The position numbers and the translations under genes are program-made. The notes under the pieces were generated by a model. It searched no databases. It was not told the DNA's origin and saw only the letters and a program-made list of their open reading frames with translations. From Leptogorgia sarmentosa (Eukaryota), in assembly GCA_964658305.1 (NCBI GenBank), contig OZ210884.1, positions 7,192,001 through 7,256,000 of the forward strand: a stretch of 64,000 nucleotides of DNA, in the 5' to 3' direction. The stretch's first letter is position 1, and each line of letters opens with the position of its first letter. Positions 1 to 12,400 of the stretch are shown in pieces.

Positions 1-869
1 GAGGGATAACATGGGAAATTTAATTTTACAGACCTCGTGAGTGTGAGAGTGGCATTCATAGCAAACAACTAACTTCAGATGGTCCTGAAAGGAGTTGAGG
101 GGGGGGGGGGGGGGGGGGGGCGGGAGGGGGGGGGATCTTCCCCCGTCGCTCCTTTAGTAACGCCATTAGGCCATGCGCTGACACAAATCATTTTTCTACC
201 CACGTGACTGAGGTTCTGAACCATTGTTCACCACAGCAATAACGTTTAGGGGCGGTAGTCCGCTTTCCCCCCTGGCCTACGCGATAAAAGCCACTCTATA
301 TATTGACCGTCTTATTCGTCCATGAACTCGAAAGCGAGGCTGAATCACCAAGCCGTATTAACAATTGTAATTTAAAAATATAAACAACGATTGCACAGAA
401 GTGAAGAGAATGTCAAATTTTAACTGCAGCAAGAGTAATTCTTCCTGTACTGATATGGCCCCTAGCTTTCGTTCGCTTTCCAAAAGAATGTATAATTCTA
501 TTCTCCTGTACTGACTTCCCTATAGCTAATTTGACCTTTCTGTCTAATGTGAATTTGGGTTCATCTGGGTTCAACTATCTCTTCTATTTAGAGCCATCGT
601 TTTTTCTTTCTCAAAATATAGCAGATAAGAATTAATATAACCAAACAGCAAACTCCAAACAAAGCTCCAAGAACAATTGCAACAATATTTCTGCCTAAAG
701 ATGAAAGATGAATTTATTTTCAGTTTGAACTATTTCCAACGATTTTTTTCACACAAATGTTAAGAGGGGAAAAACATTGTAATCAAATAATTTAGTCTTT
801 CATACATGAAATCAGCATCATTTGAAATAATCATTCAGTGCACTTGAACTTTATACTAATACCTATTAG

Positions 870-1163
870 TAGAATCATACTCGTATACTATTGAAAATGC
901 TGCAATTTGATTGGCTACTCTACTCGCTATCTATTCCTCGATAGATAGCGAGTAGCAAAACATGTGAATTTCCGTTCAAGAAAATGTCTTCTGAGACGCG
1001 GTTTTAAATTATTTTTTGCAATATTTTCATGTTTGATCTCTGATTCTACTAAAACAATTAGATTACTCGCTCTCGATTTCTACGAGATGATAGTTGATTC
1101 GGGCTTCGCCCTCATCAACTATCACCTCATAGAAATCTCGAGCTCGTAATCTAATTGTTAAAT
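870..1163. repeat. Interspersed repeat ending in a long imperfect palindrome (hairpin 1053-1159)
   Basis: Arms aacaattagattac...gggc-TTC-gccc...gtaatctaattgtt centred on 1106; tgattggc motif near 910. Related ends at ~24850-24920, ~33665-33730 and 60877-61017. The 5' boundary is approximate. Confidence 0.7.
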
Positions 1164-1548
1164 ATACTAAAGGTTTTAGTATATATAAAATAAACCTAAA
1201 TTATATAATAAAATATAATAAAATACCTAAATATACTAAAGGTTTTAGCAAGGGATATACAACCATCTCACCTGCAGAGCTACGCTAAACGATCGTGTGG
1301 TGAGTAGAACTTTGTCTGCTCGTGGTTATATCTGCACGGAGGAATTAAATGCAGAGGTCTAACTGTTGTACCCACTTTTTTGTGCATCTGATTGGATAAC
1401 GATCAAATTTGAACTTGCCGAGCATGCGTAGTTAATCATTTTTTTGCCAGGCCATATTAAAAAAGAGGGTACATGAAAATGCCAATTTTTAATATTTAGT
1501 TAGACCTCTGTCTGATATATACTCTGTGGTTATATTATCAATACTCAC

Positions 1549-4500
1549 GTGAACATTTGGTTTCATCACGTGAAAATCCGTCCTTGCACTTGTCACATGT
1601 AAATGAGCCCGCAGTATTTGTACATACAGAATTTTCATCACATCCATGTGCTTCTTTTTGAATACATTCATCTAAATCTAATCACCCCAAATCCGTGAAT
1701 TCATTACTGGACATTTAAATCATTTATAATTAGGTCACTGAATTACATCGATGATGGTGACGTGATGAAATACGAGGACAAAATGGCGTGGCATACTTGT
1801 GATAGCACGATATTATTGTGACAAAACGACCATAAATTTGTTTCTTTTTACATTCACTTACAGCTAGCTAAGTGCGAACATCTTTAATACACCCTTCCAG
1901 AAGACACACATCAGTGAACTCGTCATTACAAGAAAAACTCTACCGTATAAAACTTGGCGTTCTCAGCCATGTTTGTTTAGATTTTAATTTTGTAAAAAAT
2001 AAAGATAGCTTGTCGTTATTCAGCCTCGTCTTCGAGTGCACTGACTTATGCTTTCTGGAGGTATTACTTCATCCCGCAGTAGGAAATGAATAATATAACT
2101 AAGCCCCTTCATTTCTGCATTGTTACTAAAATAGCTTGTCGTTATTCAGCCTCGTCTTCGAGTGCACTGACTTATGCTTTCTGGAGGTATTACTTCATCC
2201 CGCAGTAGGAAATGAATAATATAACTAAGCCCCTTCATTTCCGCATTGTTACTAAAATAGCTTGTCGTTATTCAGCCTCGTCTTCGAGTGCACTGATTTA
2301 TGCTTTCTGGAGGTATTACTTCATCCCGCAGTAGGAAATGAATAATATAACTAAGCCCCTTCATTTCTGCATTGTTACTAAAATGGCTTGTCGTTATTCA
2401 GCCTCGTCTTCGAGTGCACTGATTTATGCTTTCTGGAGGTATTACTTCATCCCGCAGTAGGAAATGAATAATATAACTAAGCCCCTTCATTTCTGCATTG
2501 TTACTATTGATATCTATTCCGGGTTTCCTTTAATTTAACTATAAAGCAATAACATAGCTACCTTTTTTACAGATGACAGCTAAACTTGAGTCGCAATCTT
2601 CATCACTCCATTTCCCATGATTTCCAATAGCGACACAATTTTCAACCAATCCTTTGTCGTTTGGTTCGTGAAAATCCCAATTTTGATAAGATATAGGACT
2701 TCCAATACAGAAATTATTCTGTCGCTCCAATCCTATCCATGCTTCAGGCACTCCGCTAAGGAGTGTTTTTACTGCATTGTTTTCTGTAGGATTTTCGATT
2801 TTTGCCAAGCGCAATGCATCCACCTGGCATAACGACCTTGCCTCCTGCCATTTTGCTTGGGAGGTTTTAACCACGTAGCAATCTGCTACGTTAGTGCAGT
2901 CTTCTTTCACTAAAATCCCAATTACTAGCATTAATTTTTCATGTATCTATTGCGGAAAACATTTGGGGACAATTGTTTCGAAAGCCGGTTAGCTTAACCT
3001 TGGGTTAACGCAAAATCAGTCAAAGGAAATTTCCTAGCATATACCCTATAAATGAAAACGCCTCAGAAACGTTTCTTGAGAAATCTTGTCTGGATCAATA
3101 TGAGTTTTCTTCTTTGAAGTTAACAGACGTCGTACAGAAATATACAAACTAAAACACTGAGTTTGCTATATTTAACAGGGCTTATGTCGGTCGATGGAAA
3201 TCGGCTGACATACCGATGGAAATCGCTATAGCTACACCGCACAAGCAATCAGAAATATGCAACCAAGTAGTAATCTCAAAATGGAGCCTGCCATCAACAC
3301 ACAAGGCAATTGAGATCACGGCATAATTTGCGATTGGTTAAAAGGGCGGATAAAAATCACGAAACGCCGTAGACGCAAAACAGTTTTGATATCGCCCAAT
3401 TGCAATCGGCCGACTAAAATCGCTCGAAAGATTTTCGACAAAAACCGACCGACAAAAATCGCGTCGTGTGCGCCTGGCTTTAAGTGCAAAAAAACTCACA
3501 TTTTTGACAAACAAAAGCTTTTCTTTCCAAGCAAATTCCATCTGACCAATTTCCATTGCTTGAGATAAACACACACTCTTCATCTGTCCCTCTATTGTCC
3601 GGCTGACCTCTTTCCCAGGATGTAAAATTTGCAGGCTCTCCTGAATCTGTCCAGTAAAATCTCTTATTGTGACATCGTCTAAACCTTAGCCACGCTTTTG
3701 TCGACGTAAGATTGCTAATGATCTTATTCTCTGCCTCATCCATTACATCAACCAATGAACTATCCAGAAAATATTCACAAAAATGTTGTCCTTTGTCATA
3801 AGGCATAGAATAGTTTGTATTTAAGTAGCAGAATCCATTATGATGGAGCCAGTTTGTTGGACAACCTTTCAAATACAATAAATTAATTAGAGAAAAGACA
3901 GTACAGACAAACGAACTGTGTGGGGCAGAAACGCGGCAAAAGGACGCAATATTATATAAAATGACGCCGACAACACAACGATTGTTTATTTCAGTAGTGA
4001 GACATACACAGCCAAAAACGCCCAAGTTGCAGCAAGTCTGCTACCACCAAGCAGATATCAGGATGCGTTCGCACCGCTTGCTCCGGCTTGAGGATAACAA
4101 GTCTGCTACAAGTTGTTACCAGATTTGTAGCAAGTTGCCAAATGCTTGCAAGCTTGATAAAAGCTGTTTTATCAACTTGCAGCAAGTCTGCCAATATCAA
4201 GTTGCAGCAAGTCCGATGTTCACAGACTCGATGCAATTTGATAAAGTCAACAGGGTTGATACAACTTGTTGGCAACTTGCATCAGGCCAGTAATACACAC
4301 AATTTGCATCAAGTCTGTGGCGTTTTTGGCTGTGTACGCTAGGCCCAGTATCTGAAAAACCCCCTCTTGAGGTAAACGATGAGGTAAACATAACGATTTG
4401 CGGAATGGCACGTGACATGGTTTTGTCCAATCGGAAAACAAGAAATTTGAGCTTTGCACTTGCTATATAACAATATACTCTATGGAATTTTTGGAGATCG

Positions 4501-5494
4501 ACTTCTGCGTATTTTATAAGCCGCCTAGTAATACATCCGATCCTGCGAGTCCGGATTTCCAGGATCGTCACCATGCTCTGATTGTGAAAAGCCAGACATG
4601 GCAACTAGTCATGGTATGCAAATATTTATTTTCTGATTAATCATTCAAAATTTCAGAAAAATATTGTCTCTCAACTGGACTCGCCACTGACAACAAGCTA
4701 TAGTAGTAATTTACCATTGATGGTGTCTACTAGACGTATAGTAACGTATGAGCACCTATAACGTACTGCGGAACTATGAGACATGGAAACAAAAGACACA
4801 TAAACTAAACAAGAGTTTTAACATCTGAGATAGGAAATTGCTACTGACGAAGGCTCTTTGCCAAGGTTATTACTTTTCTTGAGAGCTCTCACTTGAGCTT
4901 AGTATTCAAATATACTGACAATTGTAGTAACGTAAGAATATACTAATGCTAATTATAGATATTACTTCCCTAATTATTAACTAGCATAGAGTAAACATGT
5001 CAAAGTGAAGCACGGTACACCAAAAATTAAAAATTATCGCTTTATATAAAGCTGCCTCTTTAACAGATCCCTTTTAGCCTTTCCCTGGTGAAACCTTCAA
5101 TATATTAGCTAAACATAGCTATACGTAGCATAATTATAACAGCATGAAATTATATCAAAACAGTACGTTACAATGACTACCATATTCTGCTTTATCGTTT
5201 AGGTAGGTAGCGTAACTTTTGACGTATTTTTCCAGTTGTAGCATCTCTTACAACTCTTATACCATATATACTCCATATATTCGCTAAAGTAAATATAATT
5301 GGGAAAGAACGAGACAGACAATGTAATACAGCGGTTGTCGACATGCAGAACAGCGTGAAATCAGGACAGAGTGAAACAAATCTAAATTTATTGTATAGAG
5401 CTGTATTCCTCATACCTGATGATCCGTCAACTTGATATTTGAAAACCGCAAAGTAACAAAGCAGAGAAACGATGTGTCTATTTAACCACTTCAT
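1549..5494 (-). CDS. Secreted C-type lectin with two CTLDs and a Ca-binding EGF domain (3' end not resolved)
   Basis: Phase-compatible GT-AG exons: 5494-5416 (signal-like MKWLNRHIVSLLCYFAVF), 3865-3500 (CPTNW..CY, QPD, WSD), 2909-2562 (WIGL, EPN, WSD), 1671-1549 (DECIQKEAHGCDENSVCTNTAGSFTC). Confidence 0.8.
2005..2506. repeat. Tandem array of 4 x 126-bp near-identical units (intronic)
   Basis: Unit atagcttgtcgttattcagcc...cattgttactaaa starts at 2005, 2131, 2257 and 2383, with few substitutions and no spacers. Confidence 0.95.
4007..4334. mobile_element. Non-autonomous TIR element (MITE), possibly EnSpm/CACTA-like
   Basis: TIR CACAGCCAAAAACGCC ... GGCGTTTTTGGCTGTG flanked by TA on both sides; interior rich in direct and inverted caagttgc/gcaagtctg repeats. 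Confidence 0.75.
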
Positions 5495-6465
5495 TTCAGT
5501 GATTGCGCGCGTTTAAATCACGCGCTAAACAGACACAATAGATGCGTACTCGACGCCAGTGTAAACAAATCTTGTGATTGTACGATGTCGGTGTTTCCAC
5601 TCAAAATATTAAGCCTAAAATCTTCTTTCCGGTCTTTAAATCAGGTATTTGAATACAAGCAGGTGGGGTGAGGTGGGGGTGGGGTAGGGTAGGGTGGGGC
5701 GGGGTGGGGGAGTACATCTTCATATGCCTAGCTTTTCCGTAACTTTGTCAAACATTATATGATATTTCAGTGAACAAAGCTGTATTAACAATAGTATTTT
5801 CGGTCTATTTATTAAATCGCCATCTTTAATATTAACATATATATTGTGTATTAATCTAATATTTATCAATGGAATTGGGTAATTATTGAGTTGATCAATA
5901 TAGTTGATACGTCCAATATATTAATCCATTTTGACATAGTCCGTCTTTTTCATATTTCGTTTTGATTTAAAGAAATATTCTACAGGCAATTTTTGCTTGA
6001 CTAAAAAAGCTAATACGTAATGTGTGAGGCATTGAAGTTCAATCACTCTTACGCTATCTTGTGCAATTGTGTTTAGTTAAAAATGATTATGTAGATCCTG
6101 TAGATCCTTGTGTTAAAATTCCACGTTAATAAAGTTTTTCTTGGCAGTTTTTTTTTGACTATTTTTGCTTGATGCCCACAATCCGTAATCATAGATTAGC
6201 ATTCCGTGCCGAGTATTCTCGAAAACGCATGACGATGAACGGTTGTTGGCATTGTTCTTCCATTTTTGGCTCTGTGCATGAGCCACAAATGTTTGAAATA
6301 CACGCACAAAATGTGTCTTAGCAACGGTAATTATGGAATACAACCCGTTCTCGTTTCGACGGTCTGTGAATTACATCTAATTATAGCTATACAAAATCTC
6401 AATTCTAATCAATTTTCTCATGGAGAATAAAGTTTGATTTGGTGTTTGTTCTTTTCTATAACTAT

Positions 6466-9400
6466 TTAACATTCGGTTGTGCTGTGTCCACCGTTAATTC
6501 TCGCCCCATGACTTCTTCTTCCAGCACGCGCGGTTTTTAATCGAACTGTATCTTGGGTAGGTGACGGATACATGTCGTCATCGTCGTCATCATCGCTGAA
6601 AATGGAATACAAATAATAGTATGACGTCATATGACTAACGCGTGGAGCCAGATCTTAGGAAATTGTATCAGTTTATACCTATGCCAAATTTTCCTAGTTG
6701 CGATATTCCTAGTACGTTTTAAGGTCAAATCTTCGTGCTCAAATTGGCTGTTAAATTCGCCGAAAAAATGGCATTATGTACAAAGACCTTTTTGGCAACC
6801 CAAATGCAAAAAAGAAGCATCGAAAAGTCGCAAAATCAAGTTATCGCTATCATTTGTTTCAAAAATGCAAAATATATGTTGTATTCTGAATATGTACTGA
6901 ACATCCAAATTCTAAAGGTGAAGAGAGGAATTTTAAAAAGAACTTACTCTTCAGGGACGACTTTTCTTTTGCCTCTTCTGAACCAATTCTTCTTTTTCCC
7001 GATGTAAACAACAACTATAGCGATACCAATGACCAACAAAACGCACAGCACTACCGCAACAATCAGCGCACTATCGTCATCCTCCGTGTTTTTCTGTAAT
7101 CCTTTATCTGCTTCGTTTTCAATTGGTTCCAGTGTTGGCTTGGTGTTCATCGTTGAAAAGTCGTTTGGATTAAAATCAAAAGGTTGGCCTTGCAAGCCAC
7201 TGGCATTGGTAGCTTGTTCGAGTACTACAGTGAAGTTGCTTCCCTGGTATTCCAATGACTTACGAGTTATGATGTAAAAATTAACAACCACGCTACCTTT
7301 GCTAAACCCTAACACCTTAACGCTTTCCAATTCGAGACCATCAGCTCTGAATAGATCTTCCAGCATTTTTTCGAGTTTGCTAGCCAATTCTTTGTATACC
7401 TGTGACTCTGCATTCGAGAGTTCAGAATTGAATGTTTCACCAGTGAGACGAATTTTACCAACATGGAATTCCAGTGGTGGTGATGTCGATAGTGTTGGTT
7501 CACTTCCTGCAGATGAGCTAACAGATGTTGATGCAGTTGTTGGTTGGGAAGAGCTTTCGGTAAAAGCTGTTGTTGGAGTTGAAGTTTGGGTAGTTGTTTC
7601 TTTCGTTGAAGAACTTGGTTGAACTGTGGATGTCAATGCATCTATTGCTTTTGTATTTGTTGATATAACTTCATTCACGTGGGACGTAACAGTAAATATG
7701 GCGTTCAAAACGAGCGTAGAGGTAGGGGATGGAGTGGGTGTGGGGGTGGGGGTGGGCGTGGGTGTGGACGTGGAGGAAGGGATGACGGAGGAGGTAAGAG
7801 TGGAGGAAAGTTTCCGGGTGGAAGAAGTCGGGATAGAGGAGGAAGAAGCTTCTATTCTCTGACGGGTGAATTGGGATATCATAGATGATGATGCATACTG
7901 GTGCACCATGACTGAAGTCGCTGTTGATGTTGCAAGAAGGTTGGCTGTTTTTGCAGACATCGTTTCGGAATTTTCTACTACATAAAGGAAATGAATATTT
8001 AACAATGCTTAAAAAATTGCAGTTTAATTATCCCAAACATGAGAGAACGTTGTCGTGTTGGAAAATATTTATCAATTACTAAGACGTCAGATGAAAAGAA
8101 TGCCCATTCCGTCACTCCAACGAATGTCCATTTTCAAATATATCTCATTGATGAGGACGATTCATGAACAGAATGTTAACATGATGTTGAAATAAAACAT
8201 AATTGAACTTACCCCTTGTATTAACACTGCTACTTTTAACCATGGCTTTTTCTGTTGTATGTGGCGAGGAGACAGTGGGTGGATGAGATTGGGATGATTT
8301 TGAAACAACAGCAGTTGATGTCTTCAATTCATCCATTTCTTCCTCAACTGATCAGTAAAATGATGAAATAGAAATAATGAATACGTGAATCCAAGAAAAC
8401 GTGAGGGAAAGGATTTTATCAAAGATAAATAAAACGTTTCACCAAAGTTCCAAATGCGATTTCTCATGAATAGCTTGCCACAAAAAAGTGTTTATTTCAG
8501 ATCTAAATCCGCTTCAAAATTGCGTAATTTCATATGAATCAATGTCTTGCATTGTTTTTTACTACATATATCTTACTACATCTTAAGTAAAGCTCTACAG
8601 TATGCGAAGGGATATTTACCTGCAGTTGTGAAACATTCCTGATCGCTGTCCACTCCATCCCCGAAATGATTGAAAGCCACAACGTGGAAACAATATGTAG
8701 AGTTGGATGAAATATTTCTGATAACAATTGATGTCATCTCCCTCACTATCGTAGTGTTGACTAACAAACCATGACGTATGGTGACTTTGTAGCCGTCAAT
8801 TGTTCCATAGGTATTCTCATTAGGTGGTATTAACCCCCAGGAAAGTTTGGCTGTTGTGAATGTGATGTTTGAAGCCATAACGAAGTTGGGTTTGGGAATA
8901 AGATCTAGAGAATATAAAAACGTAGTATAGCTGGGATTGCTCACTCCTGCCTCATGTCAAGAAATGGTGCAGAATGTTGCACTCAAAAGTGGTTATCTTC
9001 AGAATCCCATCCCCAGTCTTTCTCCCAAATATTTCACGTCTTGAGTTTTTTTTTCATGAAAAACATTAAAGACTAAAACAGTTTCGGAAAATGAAAAACT
9101 TCTGAACTTCTGTTTGCCCGAATAATTCATCTAGTACATGTATGACCTTGAGGCCTACAGCTTCAAAAATTAATGTTCAAAGACGCATCAACCTACCTCG
9201 CGTTTTGAATTCGATGATATCACTAATCATCCCTTTGCCGAAACTATTGAAACCAATAATAGTAAGGTTGTAACTTGTCCCGGAATGAAGATCTCTAAGC
9301 TGAATCTCACTTTCGTTCCGAGAAACTGTCAGATTCCTAGAGTGCTCGTCTTCAGAATTGATGAAGATCATGTAGCCAGAAATTATACCATATGATTCTT

Positions 9401-12400
9401 CGCTGTCTGGGACTTTCTTCCAAGAAAGTACACCGCTTGTTCTGGTAACATGGGTAATGTTTCCAAAAAGTACCTTCGGTATTTGAACTGCAAAAAAATA
9501 GAAGATGCATCATTAGAATTATGGATGTTAAGATTCATTTAGTCGTGCACATCAATGGTAAAAACTGCAGCACTTTGATTGATCACTGCAGCACACTCAA
9601 AGAGTTTATATGCATGAACCAAAGAAGGTAGCAATAGCGCTGCGAGTTAGTTATGGACTTATCTTATTGCTTGAGGAAAGACGTATTGAAAAATCCATTC
9701 CATACAAAATCACGCTCCTCTCAAAGGCTTGCGTTTGCAAGCTTCGGCCTGTTTACATGTCTGGGTAATCTACCACTGTCAATCGGGTCATTCATAAGTG
9801 ATAAGTTATAATCACAGAAAGTTGTGTTTTCTACATGGGCAGCATTTATGTTCATTATCACGTTGTATATGTATGCTTTCCTTGACGAACATGAAATTCT
9901 TATAGCTATATGATGCGACGATTAAGGAAGAACTACAACATACCTCTTGTAGTGAAGTTAAACATATCACTTATCATTCCATCGCCATAATGATTGTATC
10001 CAAAAACAAGCACTCCATAGCTCGTGTTTGGGAGTAAATCGTTGAGATGAACTTTAGTTAGAACTGATGGAACTTCAAGATCTAGTCGTGGTTGGTGGTT
10101 ATGTGTAATGAAAACCTTGTAACCAGTGATGACACCATATGTTTCATTGTTGTCGTTTATCATTTGCCACGAGAACTGAGCGTGCGTTGTTGTGACGTGA
10201 GTTATGTTTGCGGAATAGATTTTAGGTATTTGAACTATAAAAAGGAAGAAATACTTTATGCGTGCCAAACATAAATGTCCAAAATAGGTTTTTGAAAAAG
10301 AGTTTTGCACGTATATTTCCTATTATATTTTTGTTTCCATCCTAATGAAAAATATAACCGCCCTTGTTTTTCAATTCTATGACCTAAATGGACGTTAGTC
10401 CCCGCGGCAAAATGTGTACCCCTATTGCCAGAACTTCGGAACATTATCGACCAAATTGGTGGACGTTTACCTTTGGTAGTGAAGTAAGACAGTTCACTTT
10501 CAGGGCCATTCCCATTGATGTTGTATCCATACACATAAAACCTGTACGTAGTGTTTGGTGCCAACATATTAAATTGATAACTGAATTCATTATCTGAGGC
10601 TTCGGTAGCAATATCGAAATCCATTGTGTTGTTGTGACCGGAGGTAAGTATTATCTTGTAACCTAGAATCGCTCCGTTCGAGTTTTCCTCGGAAATTGGT
10701 AACCAGTTTAGGTTAGCTGACTGAGTAGTTACCATGGTAACATTGATCGATCCAGGTGGTACACTTGGAACTGCAATAGAAATTCGTAGTTCAAAAACGC
10801 ATAAAACATCTACACGCTACTGGGACATTACCAATAATTACGAATGCTAATGTTCTGACTTAATTATAAATTTAATACACAATATATGTAGATTCGTCAC
10901 TTTCAATCTGTCATACCTTATCTACTTATGATGATGCTAAAATGATGCTAATAAAAATAATTTAAGCTGTAGGTCTGAGAATATTGCCCGAATTGTGTGT
11001 ATGAAAAATGGGAAATATCTAAAGGGATATATATAATACTATTTGGAGTCCAGGCAAAGAGATTTTCGAAGTGATATAATGCATATGTTATTGGATCATT
11101 GAACCTGCACCAACGGAACTCTTGGTATACGTTAGGGTGATTTTTTTTATATTCCTGTATGCAACTGCAGCAGTGGGTTTTCTCACAAGCAAACTTACGA
11201 TTTTTGTCCACAATTTCTTTCACTTCAGTTGTATAATTCCCAAGACCATTTTCTTCCAAATCATCGGAAAAACTTTCAGCATCGGTTTCCGTTTCCTCTG
11301 GAAAGGTTATTGTGAAACTAAACAACACACTTCCTTTCCTAGAAAAAGATGATTTAAATAAAAAACGAACAAAATTAACAATTATTGGAAAGCTTAAGAA
11401 AGAGATTCGAAGACGTTTGTCTTTCTTAAAATGATTACTGAAAAAGTACGTGGAATTGAAAGTGTCACTCGAAGATTGGAGTGATTATTTTGTGCATTCT
11501 TCAGCGTGCAACGACAGTGCGTTACAAATAGCAGATACAGTATACTCCCGAGTGAGAGAGCTAATTTATAATAAAAGACAATTCAATTTGACAAATCAAA
11601 AAATAAAATTACTTACGTAATGCTTCCAATATCAATAGTTGCATTAGGATATTTCTTTCTTAGCTATGGAAAATCAATAAAAAGTGTTAATCGTTAATTA
11701 GAACATTGATTTTGCGAAAGCAGACATGCATATGTGCATTGATACCTGTGCGCCAAAATTCGTCTCTACTGCGAAATAATTTTTACCTCTTCAAGGAATT
11801 TTGCCAAGAGTTCTTGATATGCTGCGGAACTTGTATTGTACAAATCATCAGTCCAGTCAACATTGGTCATATTAAGTCCAACGTCAAAAGATGTTTCTAA
11901 AGAGATGCACGACATTCGGTGTAATTGTAATTTATTTCAATTGGAATATTTAGTTACGTGGCATTACCCGACATGTTCAAACAACACACAAAAAGTGCTC
12001 AATACAAAAATAAAGCAGCTCTACAACAGTTTATTTGCTGGAATGCAAAATCTTTCTTCAGGAATACGCCGAAAAAGATAAATAGAGAACAAGCTTACCA
12101 TTACACTTTTCAACATTACAATATTCCTTCTGTTCATATTCTCCCAAGTGAGAACACATGTTGTCTTTGGAACAGCTTCGATTTCGTGACGTCACACCTC
12201 CACCACAGTCACGTGAGCAGTTATTCCAGTCACCCCAAGGAAGGAAGTGTGGAGGAAGTTCTAGGGAGAATTTGAAACTACGTTAGATCAATGAATCTAC
12301 TTTACCAACAGTTAGTTTTTAGGCAATTTTATCTCACGTCGTGATAAAGAGCCTATCATAATGAAATATGAAAATATAGAAATAAAATATTTGATGATTT

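Noticed and set aside
99..134. Long poly-G run (also poly-C at ~18593 and ~22717, and a G-rich tract at ~5660-5710)
   Set aside because: Simple low-complexity tracts; G-quadruplex potential alone is no evidence of function.
2005..2506. Possible CRISPR-like array
   Set aside because: Units are contiguous 126-bp copies with no unique spacers, no cas genes are nearby, and the context is a eukaryotic intron.
3961..4604. Several overlapping ORFs of 70-135 aa
   Set aside because: They overlap a MITE and adjacent non-coding sequence and contain no recognisable protein motifs.
7029..7888. Plus-strand ORFs (VGVGVG- and GGR-rich)
   Set aside because: Antisense shadows of the Ser/Thr/Pro-rich mucin exon.
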